A stretch of DNA of 61,317 bases from an uncultured virus (IMG/VR IMGVR_UViG_2061766007_000892) (Duplodnaviria > Heunggongvirae > Uroviricota > Caudoviricetes). The translations under genes were made by a program, and so were the position numbers. A model generated the notes under the pieces. It was not told the origin of the DNA and ran no database searches. It worked only from the letters and a program-made list of their open reading frames with translations. Of this stretch, positions 49,083-60,066 are shown one piece after another (within the stretch, counting starts at the first letter, position 1; each line of letters begins with the position of its first letter). The stretch lies in the IMG/VR virus record IMGVR_UViG_2061766007_000892; one strand, 5' to 3'.

Positions 49083-49923
49083 TCAGCCAATTATTTTGTT
49101 TATTGTTTTTGGACCGCATATTCCATCTGCGGTTAACCCATGATCTTTTTGAAAGGTTTTTAGTGCTTTCTCTGTATTATCGTCAAAAAATCCGTCTTTT
49201 CTGCCGCATAAATAACCAAAACTACTTAATAACAGTTGTAATTCTGCGACTGCTTTATTATTATCATTTTTTCTTAAAGTATTTCCTTTTAGGTAAAAAA
49301 TACTACGCTTTAGTGGCGGNNNNNNNNNNNNNNNNNNNNNNNNNNNNNNNNNAATCTTTTTCTCCATATAAAATATTTAAATCTACACGAGTAGGAATAC
49401 CATCTACATGTCCCATACTTGTATATTGCCAAATATCACAAGGATATTTCGGCGCATAATTTTCATCTACTTCTCCGGTATTTTTACCATATCGTGGTAT
49501 CCACATAAAATCAAAATAATCTTTTATGTCTCTTATATAAGAGTAGCGACTTTGACCTATATATAATCCAACTTTTTTCGCTCCTAAAAATCTTAATGTA
49601 TCTAAAATGGTCTGACAAACCACTTTTGTGGTTTTAGAAGTTTGTGCTTCATATTCTATATCAGGGCAGAAAAATAAGGGGTCTAATCCTTCTTGGGTTG
49701 CGCATTCATAGAAAAATTTAGCTTCTTTCTCCGCTTCTTCCACTGTTCCCGCTTTAAAATAATGATACACACCAAAAGGCAGGCCGCAATTCATAGCATT
49801 AAAAATATATTTATTATCTTGTTTATTTCCTACACTAGAACGGAAAATAACAAAATCTAATTCTTTTCTTGCCCTTCCCCAATCTATATTTCCTTGATAG
49901 GTACTAATATCAGCTATTTTCAT
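49083..49923 (-). CDS. GH25 muramidase with peptidoglycan-binding domain (gap-broken)
   Basis: DISTYQGNIDW, GVYHYF, DIE, IWQYTS.G.VDGI..VDLN; C-terminal FQKDHGLTADGICG. Confidence 0.85.
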
Positions 49924-49942
49924 CTTATTTCCTCCTAAAAAG

Positions 49943-49969
49943 AAAAAGGCGGGTTTAAAAACCCGCCTT
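49943..49969 (-). terminator. intrinsic terminator
   Basis: AAGGCGGGT-TTTAA-ACCCGCCTT followed by T run. Confidence 0.75.
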
Positions 49970-50666
49970 ATAATTCTTGAATAAATTCTTTTACTTTATC
50001 TTCTATTTTATTAAAATCTGTATAAGGAATTATTAAAAATGGTAAATGCTCTTTTAAACATATATTTTGTTTTTCTTTATCATATTGTTGTGTTTGCTCC
50101 ATTTGCTCTTTAGTATTCCAAGTGTTAATATTAGTACGATATGTATAATGTTGGCTGCCATTNNNNNNNNNNNNNNNNNNNNNNNNNNNNNNNNNNNNNN
50201 NNNNNNNNNNNNNNNNNNNNNNNNNNNNNNNNNNNNNNNNNNNNNNNNNNNNNNNNNNNNNNNNNNNNNNNNNNNNNNNNNNNNNNNNNNNNNNNNNNNN
50301 NNNNNNCCCACAACTTTGTATACTACCATCAGTTAAATGATTAGCTTGAACTATCACTTCACTTCCACAGGAACATTTACAAATCCAACGAACACGCCCT
50401 GTTTTACTACGCTCCCCTTCTTCTATAACAGTTAATTTTCCAAACTGTTGTCCTACCAAGTTAAGTTTAGAGCCTATTTGGCAACCGCAACTAATAGTTG
50501 GTTTATTTTTAGCTGTAAGATGAGAGCCTCGTACCAAAGTCTCATTTCCACATTTACATAAACATTTCCAATATACATGTTTATCATTTGGTTTAGAACC
50601 GTATTTTTCTATAACTGTTAAATAACCAAATTGTTTATTTAATAAATCAACTGCTTTTCTTCCCAT
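49968..50666 (-). CDS. homing-type endonuclease (paralog of 18867..19778)
   Basis: FG.LTV/W.C.C.CG/SCG repeats, NGSQHY, LIIPY. Confidence 0.75.
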   Translation of the reverse strand: MGRKAVDLLNKQFGYLTVIEKYGSKPNDKHVYWKCLCKCGNETLVRGSHLTAKNKPTISCGCQIGSKLNLVGQQFGKLTVIEEGERSKTGRVRWICKCSCGSEVIVQANHLTDGSIQSCGXXXXXXXXXXXXXXXXXXXXXXXXXXXXXXXXXXXXXXXXXXXXXXXXNGSQHYTYRTNINTWNTKEQMEQTQQYDKEKQNICLKEHLPFLIIPYTDFNKIEDKVKEFIQEL

Positions 50667-50675
50667 AATTACTCC

Positions 50676-51540
50676 TTATTTATAAAAGATAAAATATCGC
50701 TTACATTCATTTTTAATATATTTTATTTCTTGTTTCGCTCGTTTCGCTGCAGCGGAAGCTGGGTCATTAGTGTAATTATATTTGCCATCTGTCCACCACC
50801 AACAAATAAAGTGACCTCCCTTGGTGAAAAGGCCAGGACGCATACTGCATACTACATAAGCCCCATTTTTAATAGCTGCTTCTGCTGTAGCATATGAGGT
50901 TGTTTCTACATATTTACTTGCTCCATATTTTTGGGCGCAATACTTAAAAAATCCCCAAGAAGTGCCTGCGTTTTGTGTGCGGTATCCTTGTTTAACTGCG
51001 AGTGCCGCCAAAGTTTTTGGTGTAACAGAACTATCCCACCAAGTAGCAACAATATCAGCCATACTGGTAGGGCCGCATCCAGAACTCTTAATCGTTTGTT
51101 TTTTATTATATGTATTATTTCTAGTGTATACAACGGAGCCCCATCTACTATCATACTGCTTAAAATTTTTAGGTTGAATATTCTTTTTCCCTGGAGTATT
51201 AGATGTAGAAGTGGAAATAGTTTTGGTTCCGGTAAAGGCTTCTAACCATGTAGAAGGACCAACTATTCCATCTACTACTTGTCCCATAGTTGATTGGTAT
51301 GCTCTAGTAGATGACTTTGTTTTTGCTCCAAAAACTCCATCTGCAGAAATACCTAAAAATAATTGCCACATTTTAACATATTTATTTTTATCACCTTGAT
51401 GTAAGGTTGGTAAACTCTTTGCTAATAAACCCCAATCGGTTTCTGTCATTTCTCCATTAGGAACCTGTCCAAGTTTTTCCTTCCATTTATTTAGAGCCGC
51501 GGCAGTTTCTGAACCAAAAACACCATCCGCAGTAACACCT
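50676..51540 (-). CDS. peptidoglycan-binding + C39-like peptidase lysin
   Basis: ADGVFG repeats; QYDSRW..SGCGPTSMA..GHFI..NDP. Confidence 0.8.
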
Positions 51541-51732
51541 AAATAAGNNNNNNNNNNNNNNNNNNNNNNNNNNATTTTTTAGTATCTGCATTGCTACTGT
51601 CCTCCATTAAAACCAGTTGTCCTTTATCATTTTTAATCCAAATTTCGTCTTGACAATCAAAAATCTCATGAATATTTGCTTCTGTAGCAACTCCAAAATT
51701 AAATAGTGCCATAGTTAAAACCCTCCTTTTTC

Positions 51733-53355
51733 TCAGTCTACTAAGATTGAAGCAGAACCACAATCTAAAATTAAATATTTTTGACTTCCTGTTGTTGTTG
51801 TATTACTACCTTCGGTAACATCATATATACTACCAGTTTTAGCAATTTTTGCTAAAGTAACTTCTGTATGGCCAGAAAGCTCGCCATCGGTTTGAGTGAT
51901 ACCAGTTAAAACACTATAAACATCACCATTCGCGGCAGTAGCAGATTGAGAAGAATCTAAATCAGTTACTAGTCCACTTGCATAAGCTTTAACCGCGGCA
52001 ACCGTTGGCAACTTAGCATCATCAGCTGTTCCAGAAGCAGGAATTGAAGTACTAACATTTTTATATGCTGCAGCATCTAATCCATGCACTTTTACTTGAG
52101 AAGCTGTACCACCAGTTGGCGTAACTGAAAATTCACCATTTACAGAACCTTCAGCGAATGTATAAGTAGTATCTGTCACTGTTTCTGTAGCAGTAGCTAC
52201 ACCAGTAATATGACCAAATTTATCAGTAGTAATTGTTTGGATATATGTGCGGCCACCTGCTGTACCCTTAGTGCTTGCGGTAGCTCCAGAAGGAACTGCG
52301 TGACTAATTGTTTGATTAGAACTAATCGCACCGCCTCCAGTTAATCCATCAGTACCAGTGACCGTAGTGGTTTTTAAAGCATAAGAACCTTCATCACCTA
52401 ATTCGCGCCAATTGGTGCCATCATAAACGTATTCTGAATTACCATAAGTAACAACGTCACCAGCATTATAAGTTCCTGTTGGAGCTGTCTGTGTTGGGGC
52501 AGCTTGAACTTCGCCTTGATAATGCATTGCTCCACTTAATCCAGCAACGGCATCATGCACAAATGCAGTAGTAGCAATTTGTGTAGTATTTGTTCCGGCT
52601 GCGGCTGTGGGAGCTGTAGGAGTACCCGTCAAATTTGGAGAATTTAATGGTGCTTTTGCCGCTAAATCTGTGGTTAAATTAGTGACTTGAGATTCAGCAA
52701 TCGCAATATCACTAAAAGTAGCGGTAACTTTACCATCTACTTCATCAAAAGCTGTAATAGTTTTAGCTGAACCTGGAGTACCGGTGAGAGTGTCAGTTAA
52801 TCCACTAATAGCGTTTGTTACAGTACTTTGAGTAGCAACTTTATTTGTAGAAGCATTATAAGTACCGTCAAACTCTAAAGCGTCTTGAACACTTGATAAA
52901 TCAATAGTACTTACAGTTGTAAAAGTATTATCATTTGCTCCTTTTGCTTTCGCTTGTAAGAAATACTTACCTGCATCTTCACCTGTGCCTGCTTGAATCC
53001 TATATTGAGTATCAGTATCTTGAATTTGTCCAGCAATATAACTATCTATATTTTCAATTTCTTCTGCTGAGTATGTTGGTTTTGTAGCGGCTTTTGCCCA
53101 ACTATAAACATCACCAGCTACTGCTTGAATCCAAGGTAAAACAGAAAAAGTATGTCCCGTAACTCCATCACCAATTTTAATACCTATAGCTGGTGGATTA
53201 TTTGATAATGTATTGCCATCTGGATTTGCGGTAGCCCCAGTAGGTATTTCAGCAATACAAACTTCGCCTTTCATTGGAACAAATGTGCTAGACATCCAAT
53301 GAGCTAAAGTATCATATTTTAATTGAATTCTAGTTTGAATTGTATTATTAGGCAT
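51733..53355 (-). CDS. tail fibre protein
   Basis: Mtd-N-like start; KAPLNSPNLTGTPTAPTAAAGTNTTQIATTAFV collar repeat. Confidence 0.8.
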   Translation of the reverse strand: MPNNTIQTRIQLKYDTLAHWMSSTFVPMKGEVCIAEIPTGATANPDGNTLSNNPPAIGIKIGDGVTGHTFSVLPWIQAVAGDVYSWAKAATKPTYSAEEIENIDSYIAGQIQDTDTQYRIQAGTGEDAGKYFLQAKAKGANDNTFTTVSTIDLSSVQDALEFDGTYNASTNKVATQSTVTNAISGLTDTLTGTPGSAKTITAFDEVDGKVTATFSDIAIAESQVTNLTTDLAAKAPLNSPNLTGTPTAPTAAAGTNTTQIATTAFVHDAVAGLSGAMHYQGEVQAAPTQTAPTGTYNAGDVVTYGNSEYVYDGTNWRELGDEGSYALKTTTVTGTDGLTGGGAISSNQTISHAVPSGATASTKGTAGGRTYIQTITTDKFGHITGVATATETVTDTTYTFAEGSVNGEFSVTPTGGTASQVKVHGLDAAAYKNVSTSIPASGTADDAKLPTVAAVKAYASGLVTDLDSSQSATAANGDVYSVLTGITQTDGELSGHTEVTLAKIAKTGSIYDVTEGSNTTTTGSQKYLILDCGSASILVD

Positions 53356-53368
53356 CGCTTACACCTCC

Positions 53369-54303
53369 TTATGCTGTACCGCCATTAAGAATAAATTCAT
53401 CACCATTTGGAACATATAATTTTGTGGTTGAAACACGATTAAGTGACATAATACCAGTGATAGAATCAACAGAAACACTATTATCAGCATTGCTAGAGTA
53501 TACGCCACCTAAAACTGAAGTAGTTGCGATATTTAATTTTCCAATTTCACTCGCGGCGATACCACTATCAACTAGGCTACCGTCCGCGGCAACACTTACT
53601 AAATTGCCTGCGGCTTGAACTGTTGGCTTTTGGACATAATTTGTTAAATCAACTGATGTGTCACCAATTTGAGTAAGTGTTCCATCAATTAGAATATACT
53701 CTTTATATTTATCTGCCCCAGTAACGGTATCATCTTTTATCATGTATATAGTATTAGATTCAATACCAACTGAAGGCAAAGTCGTAACTATGCGACGCTT
53801 TAAATGATCTGCATTAGCAATTGCACTTGCTACTGTAGTATCAACATAATTTTTAGTAGAAGCTTCACTATTGGCTAGTGGGTCGCGAGCAAGAGTAACT
53901 AAAACGCCATCTAAAGTGCCCTGCATAGGATTATAAGTAGCCTTNNNNNNNNNNNNNNNNNATTCTTTACTTCTAATTCTACTTTAGTTGGCCATTTTGT
54001 TAAATCTGTTTCATTAACTTGAACTTCTTCAAGGCTGTTTTCATCATAATACCAATAACTTTTACCATAATCTGCAACTGTGATTTTATTATCAACTAAT
54101 GTAGTTAATACGCCATCTACATCATTATGTGCATTAATATAGTCTAATTCATTAAAATTAGTAACCCCATCACCGACTTTAACTAAACCAGTATCTATTT
54201 CAATACCGACTTCACCACGAGCCAATTTAGGATTTTTAGTTGCCCATGTTGCGGCGGAATCATTACGGATAATAAGGGTTGCTCTTACATTATTTTGTGC
54301 CAT
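53369..54303 (-). CDS. tail fibre-associated protein (gap-broken)
   Basis: RNDSAATW..NP.LARGE.GIE.DT..KVGDG; ASTKNYVD. Confidence 0.7.
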
Positions 54304-54648
54304 TATGCTTCACCCCCATTTATAGTAGTATTAGCAATAAGCATTGCATTAACTGGAATATATTCATTATCCCAATAATAAAGTATCTTTTCATCTAAAT
54401 CAAAATATAGATATTCTTCTGAACCCGTAACTGGAAAATTTGTAAACAAATCAAAAATAATTTGTTTGTTATTAAGATATGCACCAAAATGCTCTTTGAA
54501 CTCAGTTTCTGTGCCATAATAGCNNNNNNNNNNNNNNNNNNNNNNNNNNNNNNNNNNNNNNNNNNNNNNNNNNNNNNNNNNNNNNNNNNNNNNNNNNNNN
54601 NNNNGAGAATCATATTCAAGAAGTAAATCTCTTGTACGCCATCTTTCT

Positions 54649-55008
54649 TTACACATTTTGAGCCACTTCCCGAATTTCACAAACAGGAAGAGAGAAGGCC
54701 GCGTAATATGAATTTATTTCNNNNNNNNNNNNNNNNNNNNNNNNNNNNNNNNNNNNNNNNNNNATATCCCATAAATATTTTTTACTCTCTAATCCTACTG
54801 TATCAGCATGTTCAAAAGGAATTGTTAATATTTCTTCTGTAGCAGGAATTTCTTTTTCAAATACAGTAGTATGAGTCATGGGATCATAAATAGAAAATAC
54901 CGCTATATCTCCTTCCCCCACCGTTCCTAATGTAGGAATAGTAAAAGAACCGGTGTCACCGCGAGGAATGATTAAACGACGTTGGATTAGCCTAATCATC
55001 TTCATCAC
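54649..55008 (-). CDS. baseplate-like hypothetical protein
   Basis: I.RGDTGSF...HADT..L...Y.WD. Confidence 0.55.
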   Translation of the reverse strand: MMKMIRLIQRRLIIPRGDTGSFTIPTLGTVGEGDIAVFSIYDPMTHTTVFEKEIPATEEILTIPFEHADTVGLESKKYLWDXXXXXXXXXXXXXXXEINSYYAAFSLPVCEIREVAQNV

Positions 55009-55567
55009 CTTCGTGTATTTCTTTTATTTTTTTACAATATTGTGTATATAAATCTGGTTGACGATCTATAATATAAACAATATCATATCCCATACTTTCT
55101 AAATTAATGTATGTTTCTTGTGCATTAGCTAGTTCTTTATCCACATCTTTTATAAAATACATAATTTCAATTGCACAACTAATTTCATTCAATTCATATA
55201 ATTGTTTATAACTTGATTCTAATAATGTTTTAGTTTCTTTTTCCCATTCAACCCATTTTTTCATTAAATCTTTTACTGCTGAACGTTTATTATTAACATC
55301 CACTTCTTTTTTGGTAAATTTATACCAATTATTAGGAATTATATCGGGTTGTTCTATTGAATTTTCACGTATCNNNNNNNNNNNNNNNAAGAAATTTTGT
55401 AAATAACGATAATTACAAGTTTCCTCATAATAATGATATTCATGACACTTTTGATAACCCTTTAGATTTAAAAAACCATAAAGAGAAGCCATTTGATTAT
55501 GAATTAATAATCCTTTTGCCATATGGGTTGAGATATTAGAAAAAATTTCTTCAATTGTCATCTTCAC
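54992..55567 (-). CDS. ferritin-like four-helix protein
   Basis: HM..G..IH, CHEYHYYEE, WVEWEKETK, DV.KEL. Confidence 0.55.
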   Translation of the reverse strand: MKMTIEEIFSNISTHMAKGLLIHNQMASLYGFLNLKGYQKCHEYHYYEETCNYRYLQNFXXXXXXIRENSIEQPDIIPNNWYKFTKKEVDVNNKRSAVKDLMKKWVEWEKETKTLLESSYKQLYELNEISCAIEIMYFIKDVDKELANAQETYINLESMGYDIVYIIDRQPDLYTQYCKKIKEIHEGDEDD

Positions 55568-55778
55568 GCGCCTCCAACATAGTTAAAATTTTATCAATCT
55601 TGGCATCTTGCTGTTGAAGATGACCGTTAATTTGCTCTAATAACGTATTTAATTTATTATTAAAATGTTCTTCAAGCTTTTGTCGTTCTTCTTGTGAATT
55701 ATTGGAACGTAAATTACGTAAACTAATAGCTAAATCCATTAAGTTTACATAATCTATATAACTATAATTAATCATCAA
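55551..55778 (-). CDS. hypothetical protein
   Basis: ORF track. Confidence 0.55.
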   Translation of the reverse strand: MMINYSYIDYVNLMDLAISLRNLRSNNSQEERQKLEEHFNNKLNTLLEQINGHLQQQDAKIDKILTMLEAREDDN

Positions 55779-56180
55779 CGAATTTTAGTTACTACAATAT
55801 TAATATGAGCATCTGTTAATGCTGTCGCACCATTAACAATCTGAAGAACAGTTGGACTAGAAATACAATTACAAGAACAATTATTTTCAGATACTTGAAC
55901 AAAAGTTTTAAAACCAAAACTATCTGCTGTTGCCGCAATACCGGTAAAAGAGCTAATAGCTTGTGGTTGTGCTACACCATTAATATAAAGCTGCACACTG
56001 ACTAATGTCGCAGCCGCAGGNNNNNNNNNNNNNNNNNNNTAAATATACACCGCGCTTATTAAGCTGAATAGATGCTGGTGCCGATAAAGTTTCGCCGCAC
56101 CCTTTATCTAAAGTAACATTGTTAAAAGGAAAAGCCGCATTTGCTGCGACATCTAAATCAGAACTATAAGCCTGTAACAT
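55775..56180 (-). CDS. BclA-C/C1q-like beta protein (gap-broken)
   Basis: AFPFNNV..KGC..IQLNKRGVY...QLYINGVAQP...NIVVTK. Confidence 0.55.
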
Positions 56181-56196
56181 AAATCATTCCTCCATA

Positions 56197-56508
56197 TTAT
56201 TGCTCTTTATATAAAGCTAACATTCCCTTAACCGCAGCAGCATGTTCAATATGCTTGCGGTGTAATATTTCATAAAGCGTTGTCATTACTTCTGGCGGTT
56301 CACCATTCTTTTTACGATATTCATCAATAATTGCAACAACTTGGCCATGTAGTAAATTCATATGTGCCATTTTTTCATTTGCAATACGATAAAAAACTTC
56401 CGCTAATTGTGGTCGTTCTTCTTTATAGGTGAGTGCGCATTTAATATATTCTTCTGCGCAATCAATCTCTTTTTCGATTTTATCTGATAATTTTTCTATA
56501 ATTTTCAT
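56197..56508 (-). CDS. helical hypothetical protein
   Basis: EI.CAEEY...E.AH...LH. Confidence 0.65.
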   Translation of the reverse strand: MKIIEKLSDKIEKEIDCAEEYIKCALTYKEERPQLAEVFYRIANEKMAHMNLLHGQVVAIIDEYRKKNGEPPEVMTTLYEILHRKHIEHAAAVKGMLALYKEQ

Positions 56509-56532
56509 ATTTACTCCCCTTTTAAAGAAAAT

Positions 56533-56563
56533 AAAATGGGACGTACATTAAAGTACGTCCCAT
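56533..56563 (-). terminator. intrinsic terminator
   Basis: ATGGGACGTAC/GTACGTCCCAT hairpin with T tail. Confidence 0.7.
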
Positions 56564-56593
56564 ATATATTATTGGCGTACTCAATACGCTCTA

Positions 56594-57217
56594 TTACATG
56601 TTACAACCACCACAAAATGGGCTATTGCCAGCATTGTAGGTCCAACCATTAGGATAGCGAACAACATTACCTAGCTGATTTTGTAATTCTAATTGATTAA
56701 TACGGTTTTGCATATCATCCATACGATTACCCATAATTAAATCAGCAATTTTTTGGCCAACAGCAGTTACGTTGGCATTAATAGCGGCAGTATTCATAGC
56801 GGCATTATAATTAATGCCATCAATCGCGCGAAGAATACCACAGCAGCATTCATTCTCTTTTGCTAATAAGTTAGCTTGACCAACGGCCAGGCCAGCTACA
56901 TCACGCTGAAGCTCAGCATATTTATCACCCACATATCCAACAACATCATGATATACTTGATTTGCTGTAGCAACTGATTGAGCTGTACCGGAAGTTACGG
57001 CTGCTAAAATATCACGAGTTTGTGCTTGCAGGTTTTGATTGTCAAAGCCACGATTTACATCAGCTTGAATAGCATTGCCATTATTATTGCCCCAGCCACC
57101 GCCGAAGCCGCCACCCATTAGAGCAAGAATAGCAAAAAGCCAAATCATTCCGCCCCAACCATTTTCTCCGCCGTTTAGTAGAGCGACATCCGCCGCAGAT
57201 AGTCCACCATTCTCCAT
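56594..57217 (-). CDS. Gly/Asn-rich membrane protein with CCC motif
   Basis: GWGG..WLFAILAL.GGGFGG; ENECCC; conserved type in Firmicute phages. Confidence 0.7.
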   Translation of the reverse strand: MENGGLSAADVALLNGGENGWGGMIWLFAILALMGGGFGGGWGNNNGNAIQADVNRGFDNQNLQAQTRDILAAVTSGTAQSVATANQVYHDVVGYVGDKYAELQRDVAGLAVGQANLLAKENECCCGILRAIDGINYNAAMNTAAINANVTAVGQKIADLIMGNRMDDMQNRINQLELQNQLGNVVRYPNGWTYNAGNSPFCGGCNM

Positions 57218-57286
57218 AGTAGTTACCTCCTAAATGTTTTTTATATATAAAAAAACATTCATGTAGGAACATGAATGTTTTATAAA

Positions 57287-57583
57287 CTATCTTTGCAATT
57301 CTTGTATTAAATCATTTAGATTTTTGCCTTTTTGCTGAGCAAGTATTTGGGCAGCTTGTTGTAAATTGCCATTTCCCATTTTAATTAAACTAGAAATTTT
57401 TTGAAGATTAGGATTTTGTTGTAACAAATTCATTAACATAGTTTCTTTATTGGGACTATTTTGAACTTGTCGCATCATTTCTTTAACTTGTTGTGTCCAA
57501 GGATCTGTCTGAAACGGATTGTTGTTGTTGTTTTGTATGCTGTTTCTTTGGTTGTTTACTAAATCCAGAATTGAGTTGCTCAT
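57287..57583 (-). CDS. Gln/Asn-rich hypothetical protein
   Basis: ORF track. Confidence 0.65.
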   Translation of the reverse strand: MSNSILDLVNNQRNSIQNNNNNPFQTDPWTQQVKEMMRQVQNSPNKETMLMNLLQQNPNLQKISSLIKMGNGNLQQAAQILAQQKGKNLNDLIQELQR

Positions 57584-57893
57584 ACATATCCTCCAAATGT
57601 TTAACTCTTTCTTCTAAACTAGAAGTTGTTTGTTGTTCAGTCTTGTGAATAGAAACATCCAGTGGAGTGGGAGTAAGATAACCAGCACCATCTGTTTGAA
57701 CTAGCCAAATAATATTTGGATTAGTAGCATCAGCAAGGAACATATTACTATTTGGACCCATTTGAAATGCTCTTGCCCCAGCTTCTCCATTTACTTTAAC
57801 AATTTCATAATGAGGAAGAAAATTTGGTCTTCCATAATTAAAATTATTATTGTTATTATTGCTATTTAAAGCACTTCCCCATGTATTATTCAT
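57483..57893 (-). CDS. hypothetical protein
   Basis: VNGEAGARAF.MGPNS...W..QTDGAG; overlaps next gene. Confidence 0.6.
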   Translation of the reverse strand: MNNTWGSALNSNNNNNNFNYGRPNFLPHYEIVKVNGEAGARAFQMGPNSNMFLADATNPNIIWLVQTDGAGYLTPTPLDVSIHKTEQQTTSSLEERVKHLEDMYEQLNSGFSKQPKKQHTKQQQQSVSDRSLDTTS

Positions 57894-57996
57894 AAGCTCC
57901 TCCTTAAAGTACATTCCTCTAAATACAAAGTATGAGAGTTATCTATACCTTAATGTTTTTTATTTCTTTTAAAATAAAAAAGAGTAAGGCAAAACC

Positions 57997-58200
57997 TTAC
58001 TCTTCTTCACTATACTTGCGGCCGCAAGAAGGGCAATAACTACATACCCTCATGTTATTTGCCGCATCTAAAAAGAATAGTTCCTTTTCCTTCTTTCTCT
58101 TTTTGTCCCAGCAAAAACCACAACCAAATTCTTCTTCTTCAATCTTTACTGGGGTCGGTTCTTGTGAAGCCTTATAAGATTCTTCATTGTAAAATTTCAT
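57997..58200 (-). CDS. small zinc-finger protein
   Basis: CGFC...YCPSCGR. Confidence 0.65.
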   Translation of the reverse strand: MKFYNEESYKASQEPTPVKIEEEEFGCGFCWDKKRKKEKELFFLDAANNMRVCSYCPSCGRKYSEEE

Positions 58201-58297
58201 ATTGTTCCTCTTTAATATTTATTCGCGGAGACTAAAGCAATTAAAATAATACCTACCATTGTTCCTAAAAAGAATGAGCCTAATAGCCACCATGCGC

Positions 58298-58543
58298 TTA
58301 CCATACAATCACTCCAGCCCCGTTTCTAAGGCGATCAAATTCCTTTTTAGAAATCCAACGAATAATATCAAAAGTGCGCTTAGAATAGGTATTATTAATA
58401 TTGACTTCCTCCGCGTCTAAAACGCCAATCTTTACTTTCATAGCAATTAAAGGCGTTTCATTTTCATCATACATATTGACTACCATCGTATCAAGAATAA
58501 TCCAGTTGTCAATATCATAAAAATTAGGATGCAAGTTCGTCAT
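58298..58543 (-). CDS. hypothetical protein
   Basis: ORF with promoter and RBS. Confidence 0.6.
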   Translation of the reverse strand: MTNLHPNFYDIDNWIILDTMVVNMYDENETPLIAMKVKIGVLDAEEVNINNTYSKRTFDIIRWISKKEFDRLRNGAGVIVW

Positions 58544-58591
58544 TCTCCTTTCCCCTTTCTGATAATATTATATCAGAATTTAAAATAAAAG

Positions 58592-59131
58592 TCAAGTACT
58601 TAGTCCGTAGTCAATAATGCGTAAACCAAAAGTTGAATTATAACCAATATTTGATGGATTATTTATAATATCTTCCTCATTTAAATTTAAATAATTACAT
58701 ACGATAGGAATTTCTCGTAAGAAATCAGTTACTTCTTCTTCGCTAACATTTAATTGTTGTAGCCGCATACCCATAATAATTAGATTTTCAGTATTATTTA
58801 AACTATATACTAAGCCATCATCTAAAAGTGGCGTAAAACGAGGAAAATATAAAATAGGAAAATAATCTTCGCTCCAGTCTGTTCCTACTATTGGAGCCAG
58901 TAATCTGCGAGTGTCTTCTGTTGCTGTATACCAAACAAACCACTCATTATATTGTTGTTCTATTGCTGTTCGTAATTCTGGCTGACTTATCCCCTCTAAA
59001 TTAAGCGAACATGTATCCAAATATTCATCAAAAGAGGGTAATTCAATATTTACAGTAGAACTATGCGGTATTGTTTTTTGAATATACTCACCCGATTCCC
59101 CATAGGGGAGTATAACCCTACTCCCCATCAC
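58592..59131 (-). CDS. kinase-like hypothetical protein
   Basis: NPSNIGY...RIIDYG resembles kinase catalytic/DFG-like loops. Confidence 0.45.
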   Translation of the reverse strand: MMGSRVILPYGESGEYIQKTIPHSSTVNIELPSFDEYLDTCSLNLEGISQPELRTAIEQQYNEWFVWYTATEDTRRLLAPIVGTDWSEDYFPILYFPRFTPLLDDGLVYSLNNTENLIIMGMRLQQLNVSEEEVTDFLREIPIVCNYLNLNEEDIINNPSNIGYNSTFGLRIIDYGLST

Positions 59132-59580
59132 TTTTCCTCTGGCTCGCCAATAAGTGAGGCAATCTTCTTATGACGGCGCTTAGTGTTGATTTCAAGCTTC
59201 TCCCCATAACTATTAATAGCGTCCATAGCCTGGTTTAGCCAGTCATCAATAGTATTAATATAGAGATTTGCGCGCTTAAAAAAGCTGTTTTGAATCTTGT
59301 CCTTCGCGCGAGTAAAAGCAATTAGCTTACCAGTCTCAACAGAAAACTCGTCCTCTGGATTACAAGAAGCAATACCTACAAACTTGTTAGGCATTTTTAG
59401 CTTGGGATAAAGACGAGAACCATTGCCGCCCCATAGAGCATCACAATCTGGCAGAATCTTTAGATTCTTTTCAGCATAATGTAGAAATAGATGAGAAGTA
59501 TGGTCAATAATACATACTACCTTGCGCGCGTCCTCATTAACAATAAACTGGGCCTTATCCTTAGTAATGTTAATCTTCAT
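59128..59580 (-). CDS. hypothetical protein
   Basis: GIASCNPEDEFSVETGK..A..RA phage motif. Confidence 0.65.
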   Translation of the reverse strand: MKINITKDKAQFIVNEDARKVVCIIDHTSHLFLHYAEKNLKILPDCDALWGGNGSRLYPKLKMPNKFVGIASCNPEDEFSVETGKLIAFTRAKDKIQNSFFKRANLYINTIDDWLNQAMDAINSYGEKLEINTKRRHKKIASLIGEPEEK

Positions 59581-59696
59581 AATTTATTATCTCCTTTTCT
59601 TTTCTTTACTTATATTNNNNNNNNNNNNNNNNNNNNNNNNNNNNNNNNNNNNNNNNNNNNNNNNNNNNNNNNNNNNNNNNNNNNNNNNNNNNNNNA

Positions 59697-60066
59697 CCCG
59701 CGCCAATACCGTATGGCATATTAATTGTTATATTATCTAAATGTAATCCTTTAATTTCACGCTTAATTGCGTCACAACATTCGCTAAAGGCGGCGTAGTC
59801 TGTATTACAATTATATACACTCCAATTNNNNNNNNNNNNNNNNNNNNTGTCCATTTACCATCATTTTCTGCGCGCATTAATATTGTACCAAGTAATTCAT
59901 CAGATATAAAATCATGACATAAACTTTGATATTGCTGAAAAGCAAACGGATATAATTCTTTAAAAGTTTTAGCGACGCCTCGTCCCATACTGCCTCTACA
60001 ATTTACTTGATGACATATAATACCAGTTGGCGCCGAAAATAAATCCCCTTCTACTATTTTAATCAT
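59697..60066 (-). CDS. macro-domain (ADP-ribose-processing, DarG/Poa1p-like) protein
   Basis: EGDLF...ICHQVNC.GSMG.GVA; MPYGIGAG after gap. Confidence 0.85.

Noticed and set aside
3361..54303. Apparent frameshifts or pseudogenes (e.g. 3426, 45251, 47078, 49320, 53945)
   Set aside because: Each coincides with an N gap of uncertain length, so frame changes cannot be trusted.
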